Origin: an uncultured Verrucomicrobiota bacterium
GTDB taxonomy: Bacteria; Verrucomicrobiota; Verrucomicrobiia; Limisphaerales; UBA1319
Direction of reading: 5' to 3'
NCBI GenBank assembly: GCA_964458325.1
Contig: CAYWIM010000001.1
Location: 4,975 to 68,974 of the forward strand
DNA: 64,000 bases
Below are positions 10,137 through 20,941 of the stretch, piece by piece (position 1 is the stretch's first letter; each line of letters begins with the position of its first letter). Position numbers and translations under genes: made by a program. The notes beneath the pieces were generated by a model. The model worked only from the letters and a program-made list of their open reading frames with translations. It did not search any database and was not told where the DNA came from.

Positions 10137-11633
10137 ATGGGTTCATTCTGTATGAACAACGATCAGGCACGAGGGGAATCGTCGGGGACGGCTGGTTTTC
10201 ACAACTGGATCAGCCTGGCAGGCGTGGTGCTGGCGGCGGGCGCGTTTTTCAGCTTCCTGTTGCTTTTTGCCATGGACATGAGGGGAGGCTCGTCCAGCCC
10301 GTATCTGGGGATCCTGACCTTTGTGGTGGCGCCGGCATTTTTGATCTGCGGTTTGGCGCTGATGGGGCTGGGCTGGCTATGGAGGTGGCGGCTGGAGCGG
10401 CGGGGGCATCCGGAAGGCAGCCGGTTGCTGGCGATCGACCTGAACCGCCCGAAGGACCGTCGGAACCTGGCGATATTCGCGGTGGGGGCGGCGGTGTTTC
10501 TGCTATGCTCGGCGGTGGGCAGCTACCGGGCCTTTCATTTTTCGGAGTCGGTGGCTTTTTGCGGGCAGACATGCCACACGGTGATGGAGCCGGAGCACGT
10601 GACCTACACGGCATCGTCCCACGCGGAAGTGGCGTGCACGAAATGCCATGTGGGCCCCGGGCCGTCGGGATACATTCGAGCCAAGCTCAACGGGGTGCAC
10701 CAGCTGGTGGCGACCCTGCGAGGCAACTACGAGCGTCCGGTGAAGGTCCCGCCGCATCCATTGCCGTCGGAGGTGACCTGCCAGAAGTGCCATCGGTCGG
10801 ACAGGCAGGTGGGTGACCTGGTTCGGAACTACACGCATTATCTGTCGGACGAGACCAACACGGTGAACACGGTTCGGATGATTTTGAACGTGGGGGGCGG
10901 GGATCCGGCGGAGGGGCCGGTGCGGGGCATTCACTGGCACATGAGCCCTGGCCATCGGATCGAATATATCGCCACCGATGCGCGCCAGCAGGCGATCCCC
11001 TGGGTGCGGCTGACCGCCGCGGACGGCAAGGTGACGGAATTCCGAACGACCAAGTACACAAACGAGCCCGCGGCGGAAATGGTACGGACGATGGACTGCA
11101 ACGATTGCCACAATCGGTCGGCGCACTCGTTTCCGGCGCCGAACGACGCGGTGGACCAGGCGATGGCGGCGGGGCGGATCGACCCGGCGCTGCCCTTTGT
11201 GCGGAGCCATGCGATTGCGGCGCTGACGCAGACCAACGAGACGGTGGCGGAGGGGCTGGAGAAGATTGCGGCGTCGCTGCGGGCGCAGTACACGAACGAA
11301 GCGCGGGTGGCATCGGTGATCGCGCAAGTTCAGAAGATCTACACCAACAGCTTTTTCCCGCGGATGAAGGCGGATTGGCGGGCGTATCCGGATCACATCG
11401 GGCACAAGAACTGGGCGGGATGTTTCCGGTGCCATGACGGGCGGCACCAGACGGCGGACAAGACGCGGAAGCTTGGGGCGAGCGGCTGCAACGACTGCCA
11501 CAAGATCATCGCGCAGGGTCAGGGGGCCGGTCTGGAGAAGGTGGAGTGGGGCGGGATGGCATTCGTGCATCCGGAGCCTTCGAGCGAGGGGGCGGATCCG
11601 GACTGCTTCACGTGCCACACGGGGGGGCCGTAG
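10137..11633 (+). CDS. Membrane-anchored multiheme c-type cytochrome (NapC/NirT-like N-terminus)
   Basis: Two N-terminal hydrophobic helices, six CxxCH motifs (CTKCH, CQKCH, CNDCH, CFRCH, CNDCH, CFTCH) and one CGQTCH (CX3CH). The listed start 10110 is TTG. In-frame ATGs occur at 10137 and 10152, so the start is uncertain. Confidence 0.85.
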   Translation: MGSFCMNNDQARGESSGTAGFHNWISLAGVVLAAGAFFSFLLLFAMDMRGGSSSPYLGILTFVVAPAFLICGLALMGLGWLWRWRLERRGHPEGSRLLAIDLNRPKDRRNLAIFAVGAAVFLLCSAVGSYRAFHFSESVAFCGQTCHTVMEPEHVTYTASSHAEVACTKCHVGPGPSGYIRAKLNGVHQLVATLRGNYERPVKVPPHPLPSEVTCQKCHRSDRQVGDLVRNYTHYLSDETNTVNTVRMILNVGGGDPAEGPVRGIHWHMSPGHRIEYIATDARQQAIPWVRLTAADGKVTEFRTTKYTNEPAAEMVRTMDCNDCHNRSAHSFPAPNDAVDQAMAAGRIDPALPFVRSHAIAALTQTNETVAEGLEKIAASLRAQYTNEARVASVIAQVQKIYTNSFFPRMKADWRAYPDHIGHKNWAGCFRCHDGRHQTADKTRKLGASGCNDCHKIIAQGQGAGLEKVEWGGMAFVHPEPSSEGADPDCFTCHTGGP

Positions 11634-11661
11634 CGCGCAGCCAGAGCCGATTCATCTGGAA

Positions 11662-12840
11662 TCAGATGGGGGCGAGGAACCGTCCGATCGCCCCGAGCGG
11701 CAAGGCTTCCACCCCATCGCCCAAGGGATAGGCGTTCGCGCAACGGCAAATCACAACCCGGCGCTGCACGCTATTCTTCGGCAGCTGGGCGGAGACCAGC
11801 CGCAAAGCGGCGCTGTCGCGGGCATCGGGCAATTCGGTCCACTTCGCCTCCGCGAGCGAGATGCGCCCGGCGTGATGGATCACGAAATCGACCTCGCGCT
11901 GACGTTCGCGCCAGAAGAAGAGTTCCCCGGAGCGAGCGGCATTGACCAGCCCGCGGCGCAACTCCGAGGCCACCACGGTCTCCCAAATCGCGCCGGCCAG
12001 CGGTGAGGCGGCAAGTTCTTCCGCCGTACGGACGCCCAGTAGCGCGCAAAGCAGCCCGCCATCCGCCAGGTACAGCTTGGGCGTCTTCACGAGCGACTTG
12101 GTGCGGTTCGAGAACCACGGCTCGAGCAAGGCCGCCTGCCCCGACGCTTCGAGCACGGATAACCACTGGGCGGCGGTGGGCGGGCTGAGGCCCACGTCCC
12201 GCGCCAAGTCCGCCTTGTTGAGCAATTGGGCCGAGCGCAAGGCCGCTGCCAGCACGAACCGCTCGAAATCGCGCAGGCGGCCAACGTTCAACAACGCTCG
12301 AACATCGCGCTCCAGATAGGTCACCGCGTAGGCGCGATGGAACGCGGCGCCATCGAGGTCCGGGTGCGCGTGCAGCTCCGGAAAACCTCCGCGCACGGCA
12401 AACTCCGTTGGCGTCAACTCCGGTCGCGCGGCGACAGCTTCCGTGTACGAAAGCCCCTCAAGCTGGAACACCTCGGCGCGTCCGGCGAGGGATTCCGACA
12501 CGCCGGCCATGAGCGGGAACAACTGAGAACCGGTGAGCACGAACAGCCCGTTCTCGGTCCGCCGTTCATCCACCGCTGCTTTCAAGTGCCGAAAGAGGCC
12601 CGGCGCGTACTGCACCTCGTCGATGATCACCGGCGGTGTGAAACGTTCGAGGAACTGGGCGGGGTCGCGCTCGGCCAATTCGGCCAGGCTCGGCAGGTCA
12701 AGCGAAACGTACTGGTACGCCGGCAACACCCGGCGCACCAGGCTGGTCTTGCCGACCTGCCGCGCGCCGGTCATCACGACGACCGGCCGCTGCTGCACGG
12801 CGCGGCTCAACGCCGTCTCAAGCAGACGCGGTATCCACAT
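11662..12840 (-). CDS. AAA-type ATPase with DUF4143-like C-terminal domain
   Basis: Walker A MTGARQVGKTSL and Walker B VIIDEVQ. The overall layout matches the widespread AAA_14 + DUF4143 ATP-binding protein family. ATG at 12840. Confidence 0.8.
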   Translation of the reverse strand: MWIPRLLETALSRAVQQRPVVVMTGARQVGKTSLVRRVLPAYQYVSLDLPSLAELAERDPAQFLERFTPPVIIDEVQYAPGLFRHLKAAVDERRTENGLFVLTGSQLFPLMAGVSESLAGRAEVFQLEGLSYTEAVAARPELTPTEFAVRGGFPELHAHPDLDGAAFHRAYAVTYLERDVRALLNVGRLRDFERFVLAAALRSAQLLNKADLARDVGLSPPTAAQWLSVLEASGQAALLEPWFSNRTKSLVKTPKLYLADGGLLCALLGVRTAEELAASPLAGAIWETVVASELRRGLVNAARSGELFFWRERQREVDFVIHHAGRISLAEAKWTELPDARDSAALRLVSAQLPKNSVQRRVVICRCANAYPLGDGVEALPLGAIGRFLAPI

Positions 12841-13181
12841 AGGTTTAAAGTAAATCGCTTACTTGTTTTAAACAAGATCTTATTTGTCGATTGACAACAG
12901 CTCCAGTTGCCTTCGGGTTAAGCCAACGCGGCTCATCGTGTTGGGCGCGAAGAAACGCAAAAAAGCGCTTGCAACAGGGGGAAAAGCCGCTAGCTTGAGC
13001 CTTCGCCCGGGTCGCCGTGTGTGCGGACGGCCCGAGAGGCGAAAGACGAATTGATGCGAACAGGAACCATTCACCCTTCGCGGTGCGGGTTGCGGAGAAG
13101 GTCTCGCGAGCCGTGAAGGTCTTTAGCGGTGCGGGGGCGCCGCGTTCTTCAGATTACGCCCAATCGGGCATTGAGCCTGCT

Positions 13182-14897
13182 ATGCTAACCATGGAAGAAG
13201 CCCTGAAGCAGAGTCTGTTTGGCTTTGCGCCAGGCCAGATTGTCAAGGGAACCATCATCGAGATCCGGCCCAAGGAAGTATTAGTCGACATCGGCTACAA
13301 GAGCGAGGGGGTCGTCTCGGCCAACGAATTCGAGGACATCCAGTCGGCCAAGACGGGCGATCAGATCGACGTGCTGATCGAGAAGCTGGAGGATCGGGAC
13401 GGCAACGTTGTGCTTTCGAAGGAGAAAGCCGAGTTCAAGAAGAACTGGGACAAGATCCTCACGATCTGCAACGAAGGCGGCACGATATCGGGCAAGGTGA
13501 AGGCGGTCGTGAAGGGGGGGCTGATCGTTCACATTGGCGTGGAGGCGTTCCTGCCGGCGTCGCAGGTGGACATTGTGCCGCCGCGGAACCTGGCGGCGTA
13601 TGTGGGGAACACCTACGATTTCAAGGTCGTCAAGATCAACCAGGAGCGGCAGAACATCGTGCTGTCTCGGCGCGAGCTGATCGAGCAGGAGCGCAACGAG
13701 CGTCGGGCGAAGCTGCTGACGGAGATGATGCCGGGCGACATCCGCAAGGGCACGGTGAAGAACATCACGGACTTCGGAGCGTTCATCGACCTGAACGGGA
13801 TCGACGGCCTGCTGCACATCACGGACATGAGCTGGGGGCGGATCAATCATCCATCGGAGCTGCTCAAGGTGGGCCAGGACATCGACGTGGTGGTGCTGGA
13901 CATCAACCGGGAGAAGGAGCGGGTGAGCCTGGGGCTGAAGCAGAAGCTGGCGAATCCCTGGGACCAGATCGAGACCAAATATCCGGTGGGTTCGAGGATC
14001 AAGGGCCGGGTGGTCAACCTGGTGCCGTATGGCGCGTTTGTGGAGCTGGAGCCTGGGGTGGAAGGGCTGGTGCACGTCACGGAGCTCTCGTGGGTTAAGC
14101 GGGTGGCCAAGCCGTCGGACGTGCTCAAGCCGGACCAGGAGATCGAGGCGGCGGTATTGGGGATCAACCGGGAGGAGCAGAAGATTTCGCTGAGCATCCG
14201 CCAGGTGGAAGCCAACCCGTGGGAGATGGTGAGCGAGAAGTACCCGCCGGGCAGCCGGGTCAAGGGGAAGGTGCGGAATCTGACCAGCTACGGGGCGTTT
14301 GTCGAGCTCGAGGACGGCCTGGACGGGATGATCCACGTATCGGACATCTCCTGGACGCGCAAGATCAATCATCCTTCCGAGGTGCTGAAGAAGGGGGAGG
14401 ATGTGGATGCGGTGGTGCTGGAGATTGACAAGGGCAACCAGCGGATTGCGCTGGGGATGAAGCAGGTCAGCCAGGATCCGTGGGAGAACATCGATCAGTA
14501 TTACAAGATTGGCGATTTGATCACGGGCAAGGTGACCAAGCTGGCCAGCTTCGGCGCGTTCGTGGGGCTTCAGCAGGACATCGATGGCCTGGTGCACATT
14601 TCTCAGGTCAGCGAGGATCACGTGGAGAAGATCAAGAACGTGCTGAAGATGGGGCAGGAGGTGACGGCCCGGGTGATCAAGATCGACAAAGGCGAGCGCC
14701 GGATCGGCCTGTCGATCAAGGCGGCCAACTACTCGGCGGAGCAGATCAAGGCGGAGCAGGCGATCCTGGATGCGCTCAAGCCGGGCGAGGATCTCGTGGC
14801 TCTGCAGCATGCATTCGAGGCCGCCGAGGAGGCCCGGCCCGAGGAGCGGGAGGAAGCGCGGAACAAGAGCGAAGACCCGGATTCGGCGGCTCCTTGA
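13182..14897 (+). CDS. rpsA: 30S ribosomal protein S1
   Basis: Six S1 (OB-fold) repeats with recurring G-x-V-x-x-I-x-x-F-G-A-F-V motifs. Trimmed from ORF start 13017 to ATG 13182 (MLTMEEALKQ), which matches typical S1 N-termini. Confidence 0.95.
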   Translation: MLTMEEALKQSLFGFAPGQIVKGTIIEIRPKEVLVDIGYKSEGVVSANEFEDIQSAKTGDQIDVLIEKLEDRDGNVVLSKEKAEFKKNWDKILTICNEGGTISGKVKAVVKGGLIVHIGVEAFLPASQVDIVPPRNLAAYVGNTYDFKVVKINQERQNIVLSRRELIEQERNERRAKLLTEMMPGDIRKGTVKNITDFGAFIDLNGIDGLLHITDMSWGRINHPSELLKVGQDIDVVVLDINREKERVSLGLKQKLANPWDQIETKYPVGSRIKGRVVNLVPYGAFVELEPGVEGLVHVTELSWVKRVAKPSDVLKPDQEIEAAVLGINREEQKISLSIRQVEANPWEMVSEKYPPGSRVKGKVRNLTSYGAFVELEDGLDGMIHVSDISWTRKINHPSEVLKKGEDVDAVVLEIDKGNQRIALGMKQVSQDPWENIDQYYKIGDLITGKVTKLASFGAFVGLQQDIDGLVHISQVSEDHVEKIKNVLKMGQEVTARVIKIDKGERRIGLSIKAANYSAEQIKAEQAILDALKPGEDLVALQHAFEAAEEARPEEREEARNKSEDPDSAAP

Positions 14898-14937
14898 TTT
14901 CGCGGCGTCGATCGCCGGGTCGACCGGCACAGGATGG

Positions 14938-14973
14938 GCGGGAACCTCGCCGAGGGGTTCCCGCATCTTTTTT
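14938..14973 (+). terminator. Rho-independent terminator after rpsA
   Basis: Perfect 9-bp stem GCGGGAACC / GGTTCCCGC with a 9-nt loop, followed by ATCTTTTTT. Confidence 0.8.
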
Positions 14974-15040
14974 AGGTGGATCCGATGGCGTATCAGCGGG
15001 CGCGGGTGGGGGCGGATCGAGGAGGGGGTTCCTGCGGGCG

Positions 15041-16099
15041 ATGCTGCTGGCGGGAGGTTGGGGTGCGATGGGAGGGTGGGGATGCCGCGGGCCGGGGTCC
15101 GCGGAGGCGCGGCTGGAGCGTTTCAGCTACGCGGAGCTGCACATGGGGACCGTGTTTCAGCTGACGCTGTATGCGGCCAGCGAAACGGCAGCCAACCGGG
15201 CATCCGAATCGGCATTCGAACGGATTGCACAGATCGACGCGCGCCTGAGCGATTATCATCCCCGGAGCGAGCTGCGTCTGCTGGAAGCGCACCCGGCGGG
15301 TCAGCCGCTGCGGGTGAGCGAGGATTTATGGGAGGTTGTGCGGTCGGCGCAGGCATTGGCCAGGGCGACCGACGGTGCGTTCGACATCACGGTTCGGCCG
15401 GCGGTGGAGCTGTGGCGGCAGGTCCGGCGAACCCGGCGGTTGCCGGAGCTCGAGCAGGTGGAGAGGGTTCTCCGGCAGGTCGATTACCGTCAGGTCCAAG
15501 TGGGGATCCTCGGGCGGAGCATCACCTTGAAGCGGTCCGGGCTCAGGCTGGATCTGGGGGGCATCGCCAAGGGATATGGCGCCGACCAGGCACTGGGGTC
15601 GCTGCGGCGGGCGGGGATTCGGCGGGCGATGGTGGCAGCCGGCGGCGACATCGCGGCGGGGGATCCGCCGCCCGGGCGTTTCGGATGGCGCATCGGGATC
15701 GACTCGTTGGATGCGGGATCTGAGGGGAGGCGGGCGCGGGTCTGGCTCGAGAACGCGGCCATTTCGACTTCCGGGGACACCGAGCAGTACGTCGAGATCG
15801 GCGGGAAGCGCTACTCGCACATTGTGGATCCGCGGACGGGCTGGGGGCTGGAGCGGCGCACGGGGGTGACCGTGCTGGCGGGGAAGGCGATCCAGACCGA
15901 CAGCCTGGCGACGGCGCTGAGCGTGTTGGGCCCCGAGCGCGGGATGGAATGGATCGGTCGGAAGAGGGGTGTATCGGCGCGCTGGGTGACCCTGGAGGCC
16001 GACGGCGTCCATTTCTGGAGATCGGCGGGATATCCGGCGCCGGGAACCCTCGAGGAGAGCGGCGATTCGGCCATGGACGCGGAAGCGCCGAAGGCGTGA
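15041..16099 (+). CDS. apbE: FAD:protein FMN transferase (ApbE family)
   Basis: ApbE motifs MGTVFQLTLY, FDITV, LDLGGIAKGY, STSGD and HIVDPRTG. ORF 14480..16099 was trimmed to the first ATG after the rpsA terminator, which has AGGAGG upstream. Confidence 0.85.
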   Translation: MLLAGGWGAMGGWGCRGPGSAEARLERFSYAELHMGTVFQLTLYAASETAANRASESAFERIAQIDARLSDYHPRSELRLLEAHPAGQPLRVSEDLWEVVRSAQALARATDGAFDITVRPAVELWRQVRRTRRLPELEQVERVLRQVDYRQVQVGILGRSITLKRSGLRLDLGGIAKGYGADQALGSLRRAGIRRAMVAAGGDIAAGDPPPGRFGWRIGIDSLDAGSEGRRARVWLENAAISTSGDTEQYVEIGGKRYSHIVDPRTGWGLERRTGVTVLAGKAIQTDSLATALSVLGPERGMEWIGRKRGVSARWVTLEADGVHFWRSAGYPAPGTLEESGDSAMDAEAPKA

Positions 16100-16297
16100 C
16101 GGGCGGGCCCGAGCATGGTCGAAGCGAGCGAGGGTTGGCGGGTGCGGGCGGAGAGTTCGATGCGATCGGGTGGGGGGCAAGAAAAACGTTTGGGTTTGGC
16201 CGGAAACTTGCTTAAAGTGATGGCGGAACAGCGTGCGAGGCGAGATGCGGACGGGGACGAGCAACTGGTTTGACATTGTAGCGGCGATCCAGGAAGA

Positions 16298-18058
16298 ATG
16301 GATGGAAATCCGCGCGGGCGACCTGCCGCGCTGAAACAGAGCACTGTGGCAACCAAAGACGATTATTTAGTGGATTTTCTGGTGGACATGGGGGTGGTCA
16401 ACCAGAGCGACCTGGCGCCGGTTCGGACCGAGGCTGATTCGACGGGGGAGGGGGTCGTGGATCTGCTGCTGGCGCGCAATCTGATCAAGCCGGCGGATGT
16501 GACGAGGGCCAAGGCGGCTCAATTCGGGGCGGAGGTGGTCAGCCTGGGTGACATGCGTCTGTCGGACGACGTGATTTCGGCGATCCCGAGGCACATCGCG
16601 AAGCGGTACAAGGTGGTGCCCCTTTACCGGAACAACGGGAGCATCACCGTGGCGCTCAACGATCCGGCCGACCTCGACACGATCGACAGCCTGCACCACT
16701 TGCTGAACCAGGAGATCGAGGTGCGGGTGGCGACCGAGGAGGACATCGACCAGGCGATCAACAAGTATTACGGGTCCTCGGACGACTCGGTCGGGAAGAT
16801 GATCCAAGAGATCACCGAGGGGGAGGTGGACATCGGGCTGGTGGGGGCGAACCTGAAGGAGGCCGATGACGGTTCGGTGGTCGACGCGGACGCACCCATC
16901 ATCAAGCTGGTGAACACGCTGATCGTGGAGGCGTTCAAGGCGCGGGCGTCGGACATCCATCTCGAGCCCCTGGAGAAGCGGTTTCGGGTGCGGTATCGGA
17001 TCGACGGGATGCTGCACGAGATCAAGAGCCCTCCCAAGCGCCTCCAAGCCGCCATCCTCAGCCGCATCAAGATCCAGTCGAACATGTCGATTGCGGAGAG
17101 GCGGATACCGCAGGACGGCCGCATCCAGATGGCGGTGGTGGGGAAGACCATCGACCTGCGTGTTTCCTGTCTGCCCACGACGCACGGCGAGAGCATCGTG
17201 ATGCGTATTTTGGACAAGGAAGGCTTGAAGCTGGGGCTGCCGGAGCTTGGGTTCTTCACGGATGACCAGCAGATCTTCGAGCGTCTGATCGGGCTGCCCG
17301 ACGGCATATTGCTGGTCACCGGACCGACCGGTTCCGGCAAGACCACGACGCTCTACGCGGTGCTCCACTACATCAATCGCCCCGACCGGAAGATCATCAC
17401 CGTCGAGGATCCGGTGGAGTACGTGATGTCGGGCATCAACCAGGTGCACGTGAACGAGACGGTGGGATTGACGTTTGCGGCGGCGCTGCGGTCGATTTTG
17501 CGGCAGGCGCCCAACGTGATCATGGTGGGTGAGATTCGCGACATGGAGACCGCCACGATTGCCATCAACGCGTCGCTGACGGGCCACCTGGTGTTTTCGA
17601 CCTTGCACACGAACGATGCCCCGAGCGCGGTGACGCGGCTGATCGACATCGGGGTGAAGCCGTTCCTGGTGGCGTCGTCGACGCGGGCGCTGATGGCGCA
17701 GCGCCTGGTGCGGCGGGTGTGCCGGCGATGCGGCGCGCCTTACCAGCCAAGCGAGGCGGAGTTGCATTCCCTGCGGGTGGATCCGGCCGATCTGGCCAAG
17801 GCCACCTTTCAGAAGGGCAAGGGGTGCCCGGACTGCAAGAACACAGGCTTCCGGGGCCGGTTTGGGATCTTTGAGATATTCGTGATTGACGACGAGGCAA
17901 GGAAGCTGATTTACGACAAAGTGTCCGCCACGGTGTTGCGGGCGCGGGCGCGGGAGATGGGGATGCGGACGCTGCGGGAGGACGGGACGCGGAAGGTGCT
18001 GGCGGGGCTGACCTCGCCGGAAGAGGTGATCCGGGCCACGATCAGCGATCTCGAGTAG
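16298..18058 (+). CDS. GspE/PilB-family secretion/pilus-assembly ATPase (paralog 1)
   Basis: N-terminal T2SSE_N-like domain, Walker [11 protein letters not shown], Asp and His boxes, and the tetracysteine CRRC...CPDC. Start is ATG 16298; GTG 16346 is possible. Confidence 0.9.
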   Translation: MDGNPRGRPAALKQSTVATKDDYLVDFLVDMGVVNQSDLAPVRTEADSTGEGVVDLLLARNLIKPADVTRAKAAQFGAEVVSLGDMRLSDDVISAIPRHIAKRYKVVPLYRNNGSITVALNDPADLDTIDSLHHLLNQEIEVRVATEEDIDQAINKYYGSSDDSVGKMIQEITEGEVDIGLVGANLKEADDGSVVDADAPIIKLVNTLIVEAFKARASDIHLEPLEKRFRVRYRIDGMLHEIKSPPKRLQAAILSRIKIQSNMSIAERRIPQDGRIQMAVVGKTIDLRVSCLPTTHGESIVMRILDKEGLKLGLPELGFFTDDQQIFERLIGLPDGILLVTGPTGSGKTTTLYAVLHYINRPDRKIITVEDPVEYVMSGINQVHVNETVGLTFAAALRSILRQAPNVIMVGEIRDMETATIAINASLTGHLVFSTLHTNDAPSAVTRLIDIGVKPFLVASSTRALMAQRLVRRVCRRCGAPYQPSEAELHSLRVDPADLAKATFQKGKGCPDCKNTGFRGRFGIFEIFVIDDEARKLIYDKVSATVLRARAREMGMRTLREDGTRKVLAGLTSPEEVIRATISDLE

Positions 18059-18103
18059 CGGGGATTCGCCGGGGCGGGAGTGAGAATGCGAATTTGAGGT
18101 TTT

Positions 18104-19198
18104 ATGTCATATTCGATGTCGGATTTATTGCAGCTGGTGGTGGCGGAGGGGGCCTCGGACCTCCACCTGCGGGTGGGATCGCCGCCGGTGATCCGGGTCC
18201 ACGGCGTGCTGCATCGGGTGGAGGGGCCTTCGCTGAAGCCGGAGAACACCGAGGAGCTCATGCGGAGCATCAGCTCGGAGGATCATATCCAGCAGGTTCG
18301 GGAGCGGGGGGGGGCGGATCTGGGGTTCGCGTTTGGTGATCTGGCCCGGTTCCGGGTGAGCATATTCAAGGAGAAGGGCAACTTCGGCGTGGTGGCGCGG
18401 CAGATCCCGAGCAAGCTGCTGACGATGGAGCAGATCGGGCTGCCGCCGTCGGTGAAGGAGTTGCTCTACAAGCCGCGCGGGCTGGTGCTGGTGACGGGGC
18501 CGACCGGGTCCGGGAAGACGACCACGCTGGCCTCGATGATCGACATCATCAACATGGAGCGGGAAGACGCGCACATCATCACCGTGGAAGATCCGATCGA
18601 GTATTACCACACGCACAAGAAATCCCTGGTGACCCAGCGCGAGGTGAACGTGGATGTTCCGACGTTCTCGGAGGCGCTGCGGCGGGCATTGCGCCAGGAT
18701 CCGGACGTGATTCTGGTCGGCGAGTTGCGGGATCTGGAGACGATGGATGCGGCGATCACGGCGGCGGAGACGGGCCATCTGGTGTTTGGGACTTTGCACA
18801 CGACGGGCGCAGCCAAGACCATCGACCGGCTGGTGAACGCATTTCCGGTGACGCAGCAGGAGCAGATCCGGATTCAGCTTTCGACGGTGCTGCAGGCGGT
18901 GATTTCGCAACTGCTTTTGCCTCGCTGCGACAAGCCGGGGCGCGTGGCGATCTTCGAGGTGATGATCAACACGCCCTCGATCAGCGCGCTGATCCGGGAC
19001 AACAAGACGTTCCGGATCAACTCGGACATCCAGACCGGGGCGAAGTATGGCATGGTCACCCTGGACAGCTTCCTGCTCGAGAAGTATCAGATGGGGCTGA
19101 TATCGCAGGAAGAGGTGATCACCAAGGCCCAGGATCCGACTTCGGTCCTGCACAAGCTGGGAGAGCTGGAGGCGGCCCGGGCCGCTTCGGCAGCGTAG
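18104..19198 (+). CDS. pilT: PilT-type pilus retraction ATPase
   Basis: 364 aa with no N-terminal extension. [16 protein letters not shown], Walker [11 protein letters not shown], and the PilT-specific [20 protein letters not shown] (AIRNLIRE-like) motif. Confidence 0.92.
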   Translation: MSYSMSDLLQLVVAEGASDLHLRVGSPPVIRVHGVLHRVEGPSLKPENTEELMRSISSEDHIQQVRERGGADLGFAFGDLARFRVSIFKEKGNFGVVARQIPSKLLTMEQIGLPPSVKELLYKPRGLVLVTGPTGSGKTTTLASMIDIINMEREDAHIITVEDPIEYYHTHKKSLVTQREVNVDVPTFSEALRRALRQDPDVILVGELRDLETMDAAITAAETGHLVFGTLHTTGAAKTIDRLVNAFPVTQQEQIRIQLSTVLQAVISQLLLPRCDKPGRVAIFEVMINTPSISALIRDNKTFRINSDIQTGAKYGMVTLDSFLLEKYQMGLISQEEVITKAQDPTSVLHKLGELEAARAASAA

Positions 19199-19224
19199 CG
19201 ATCATGAACGGATGACTTGCCGGT

Positions 19225-20928
19225 ATGCCTGATCTTCAATCCTTCCCGATCCTGACCATCATCCGCGAGCGCGGGTTGGCGGACGACATGCAGCTCGAGG
19301 AGGTCGTGCAGGAGCACGGCCGCTCGGGCAAGCCGGTATCGCAGCTGCTGCAGGATTTCGGGATCATGGACCCGGACACTCAGCTCCAGGTCATCGCGGA
19401 GCATCTGGGCACGGAGGTGGTGGACCTGCGGGGCCGGGAGATCCCGGCGGAGGTGATCCAGGCGGTGACACCGGAGACGGCGCGGATGTATCAATGTCTG
19501 CCGGTGGCGCTGTATGGGGCGACGCTGCAGCTGGCGCTGGCGGACCCGTTGAACCCGGCGGTGATCGACGAGCTGGGGTTCGTCATCGGCAAGGAGATCC
19601 AGGTGGTGGTGGCGGATCCGGGCCTGATCGGGCAGGCGATCGGGCGGTATTACGCGGAGGGATCGAGCTCGGTCACGGACGTCCTGAAGGATCTGGGCGC
19701 CGAGTTCGATTTTGGAAAGGACACCGACGAGGCGGCGAGCGTCCAGCCGGACGCGCTGGAATCGCTGGCGAACGAGACGCCGATCATCAAGTTCGTGAAC
19801 CTGGTTCTGAGCCAGGCGATCCAGGACCGGGCCAGCGACATCCATTTCGAGCCGTTCGAGGACGAGTTCAAGATCCGCTACCGGGTGGACGGCGCGCTGT
19901 ATGAGATGGCGCCTCCGCCCAAGCACCTGGCGCTGCCGGTGACCTCCCGCATCAAGGTCATGGCGAACCTGGACATTGCGGAGAGGCGACTTCCCCAGGA
20001 CGGCCGGATCAGCCTGCACCTTGCGGGGCGGATGGTGGACCTTCGGGTATCGACGCTGCCGACGCAGTTTGGGGAGTCGGTGGTGCTGCGCGTGCTCGAC
20101 CAGAGCGCGATCAAGCTGGAGCTGGAGAGCTTGGGGATGCCCAAGATGATCCTCGATTATATGGTCGAGACCATTCAGATGCCCAACGGCATCGTGATTG
20201 TGACCGGCCCGACGGGCTGCGGCAAGACCACCACGCTCTACTCCTGTCTGCGCAGGGTGAACTCGATCGATTCGAAGCTGCTGACGGTCGAGGATCCGGT
20301 CGAGTACGACATCGAGGGGATCATGCAGGTTCCGGTGCACGAGGCGGTGGGGATGACGTTCAGCAAGGCGCTGCGGTCGTTCCTGCGGCAGGATCCGGAC
20401 ATCATCATGGTGGGGGAGATGCGCGATCTGGAGACCTCGCAGATTGCGATTCAGGCGTCGCTGACGGGGCATCTGGTGCTGAGCACGCTGCACACGAACG
20501 ACTCGAGCGGGGCGGTGACGCGAATGATCGACATGGGGGTCGAGCCGTTTCTGGTCTCCTCGACCCTGATGGCGGTGCTGGCACAGCGGTTGGTCCGGAC
20601 GGTCTGCAAGAAATGCCGGACGCCCTTCGAGCCGACCGAGCACCAGCTGTCGCTGCTGAACCTGTCGCCGCACGACATTGGCGACAAGGTGTTCTACTAC
20701 GGCCGCGGCTGCTCGATGTGCAACGACACGGGCTATCGCGGCCGGAAAGGCATCTTCGAGCTTCTGGGCATCGTAGACGCCGTCCGGGTCCTGATCAACG
20801 AGCGGGCCCCGACGCTGGTCCTGCGCCAGAAGGCGATCGAGCTCGGGATGGTCACCTTGCGGGAGGACGGATTGCGGGCGATATTCGACGGAGAGACCAC
20901 GATCGAAGAGATATTGAAATACACCTGA
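19225..20928 (+). CDS. GspE/PilB-family secretion/pilus-assembly ATPase (paralog 2)
   Basis: T2SSE_N-like N-terminus, Walker [11 protein letters not shown] and tetracysteine CKKC...CSMC. Clearly diverged from paralog 1. Confidence 0.9.
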   Translation: MPDLQSFPILTIIRERGLADDMQLEEVVQEHGRSGKPVSQLLQDFGIMDPDTQLQVIAEHLGTEVVDLRGREIPAEVIQAVTPETARMYQCLPVALYGATLQLALADPLNPAVIDELGFVIGKEIQVVVADPGLIGQAIGRYYAEGSSSVTDVLKDLGAEFDFGKDTDEAASVQPDALESLANETPIIKFVNLVLSQAIQDRASDIHFEPFEDEFKIRYRVDGALYEMAPPPKHLALPVTSRIKVMANLDIAERRLPQDGRISLHLAGRMVDLRVSTLPTQFGESVVLRVLDQSAIKLELESLGMPKMILDYMVETIQMPNGIVIVTGPTGCGKTTTLYSCLRRVNSIDSKLLTVEDPVEYDIEGIMQVPVHEAVGMTFSKALRSFLRQDPDIIMVGEMRDLETSQIAIQASLTGHLVLSTLHTNDSSGAVTRMIDMGVEPFLVSSTLMAVLAQRLVRTVCKKCRTPFEPTEHQLSLLNLSPHDIGDKVFYYGRGCSMCNDTGYRGRKGIFELLGIVDAVRVLINERAPTLVLRQKAIELGMVTLREDGLRAIFDGETTIEEILKYT

Positions 20929-20941
20929 TCCGAGGTTGGCT

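Noticed and set aside
12860-12900. Short inverted repeats upstream of the DUF4143 ATPase gene (CTTGTTT-T-AAACAAG; TTGTC-GATT-GACAA) as an operator, with the ATPase as a defence-island marker.
   Set aside because: The repeats are short and lie in AT-rich DNA where such matches arise by chance. The ATPase is a single gene flanked by housekeeping genes (cytochrome, rpsA), with no nuclease or partner gene, so there is no support for a defence system.
14974-15040. Twin-arginine-like SRRGFLRA immediately upstream of the apbE ATG, suggesting a longer Tat-signal N-terminus.
   Set aside because: There is no ATG/GTG/TTG in frame between the rpsA terminator (14938-14973) and ATG 15041. The RR codons are the AGGAGG Shine-Dalgarno sequence itself. 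The only upstream in-frame start (TTG 14894) lies before the terminator.
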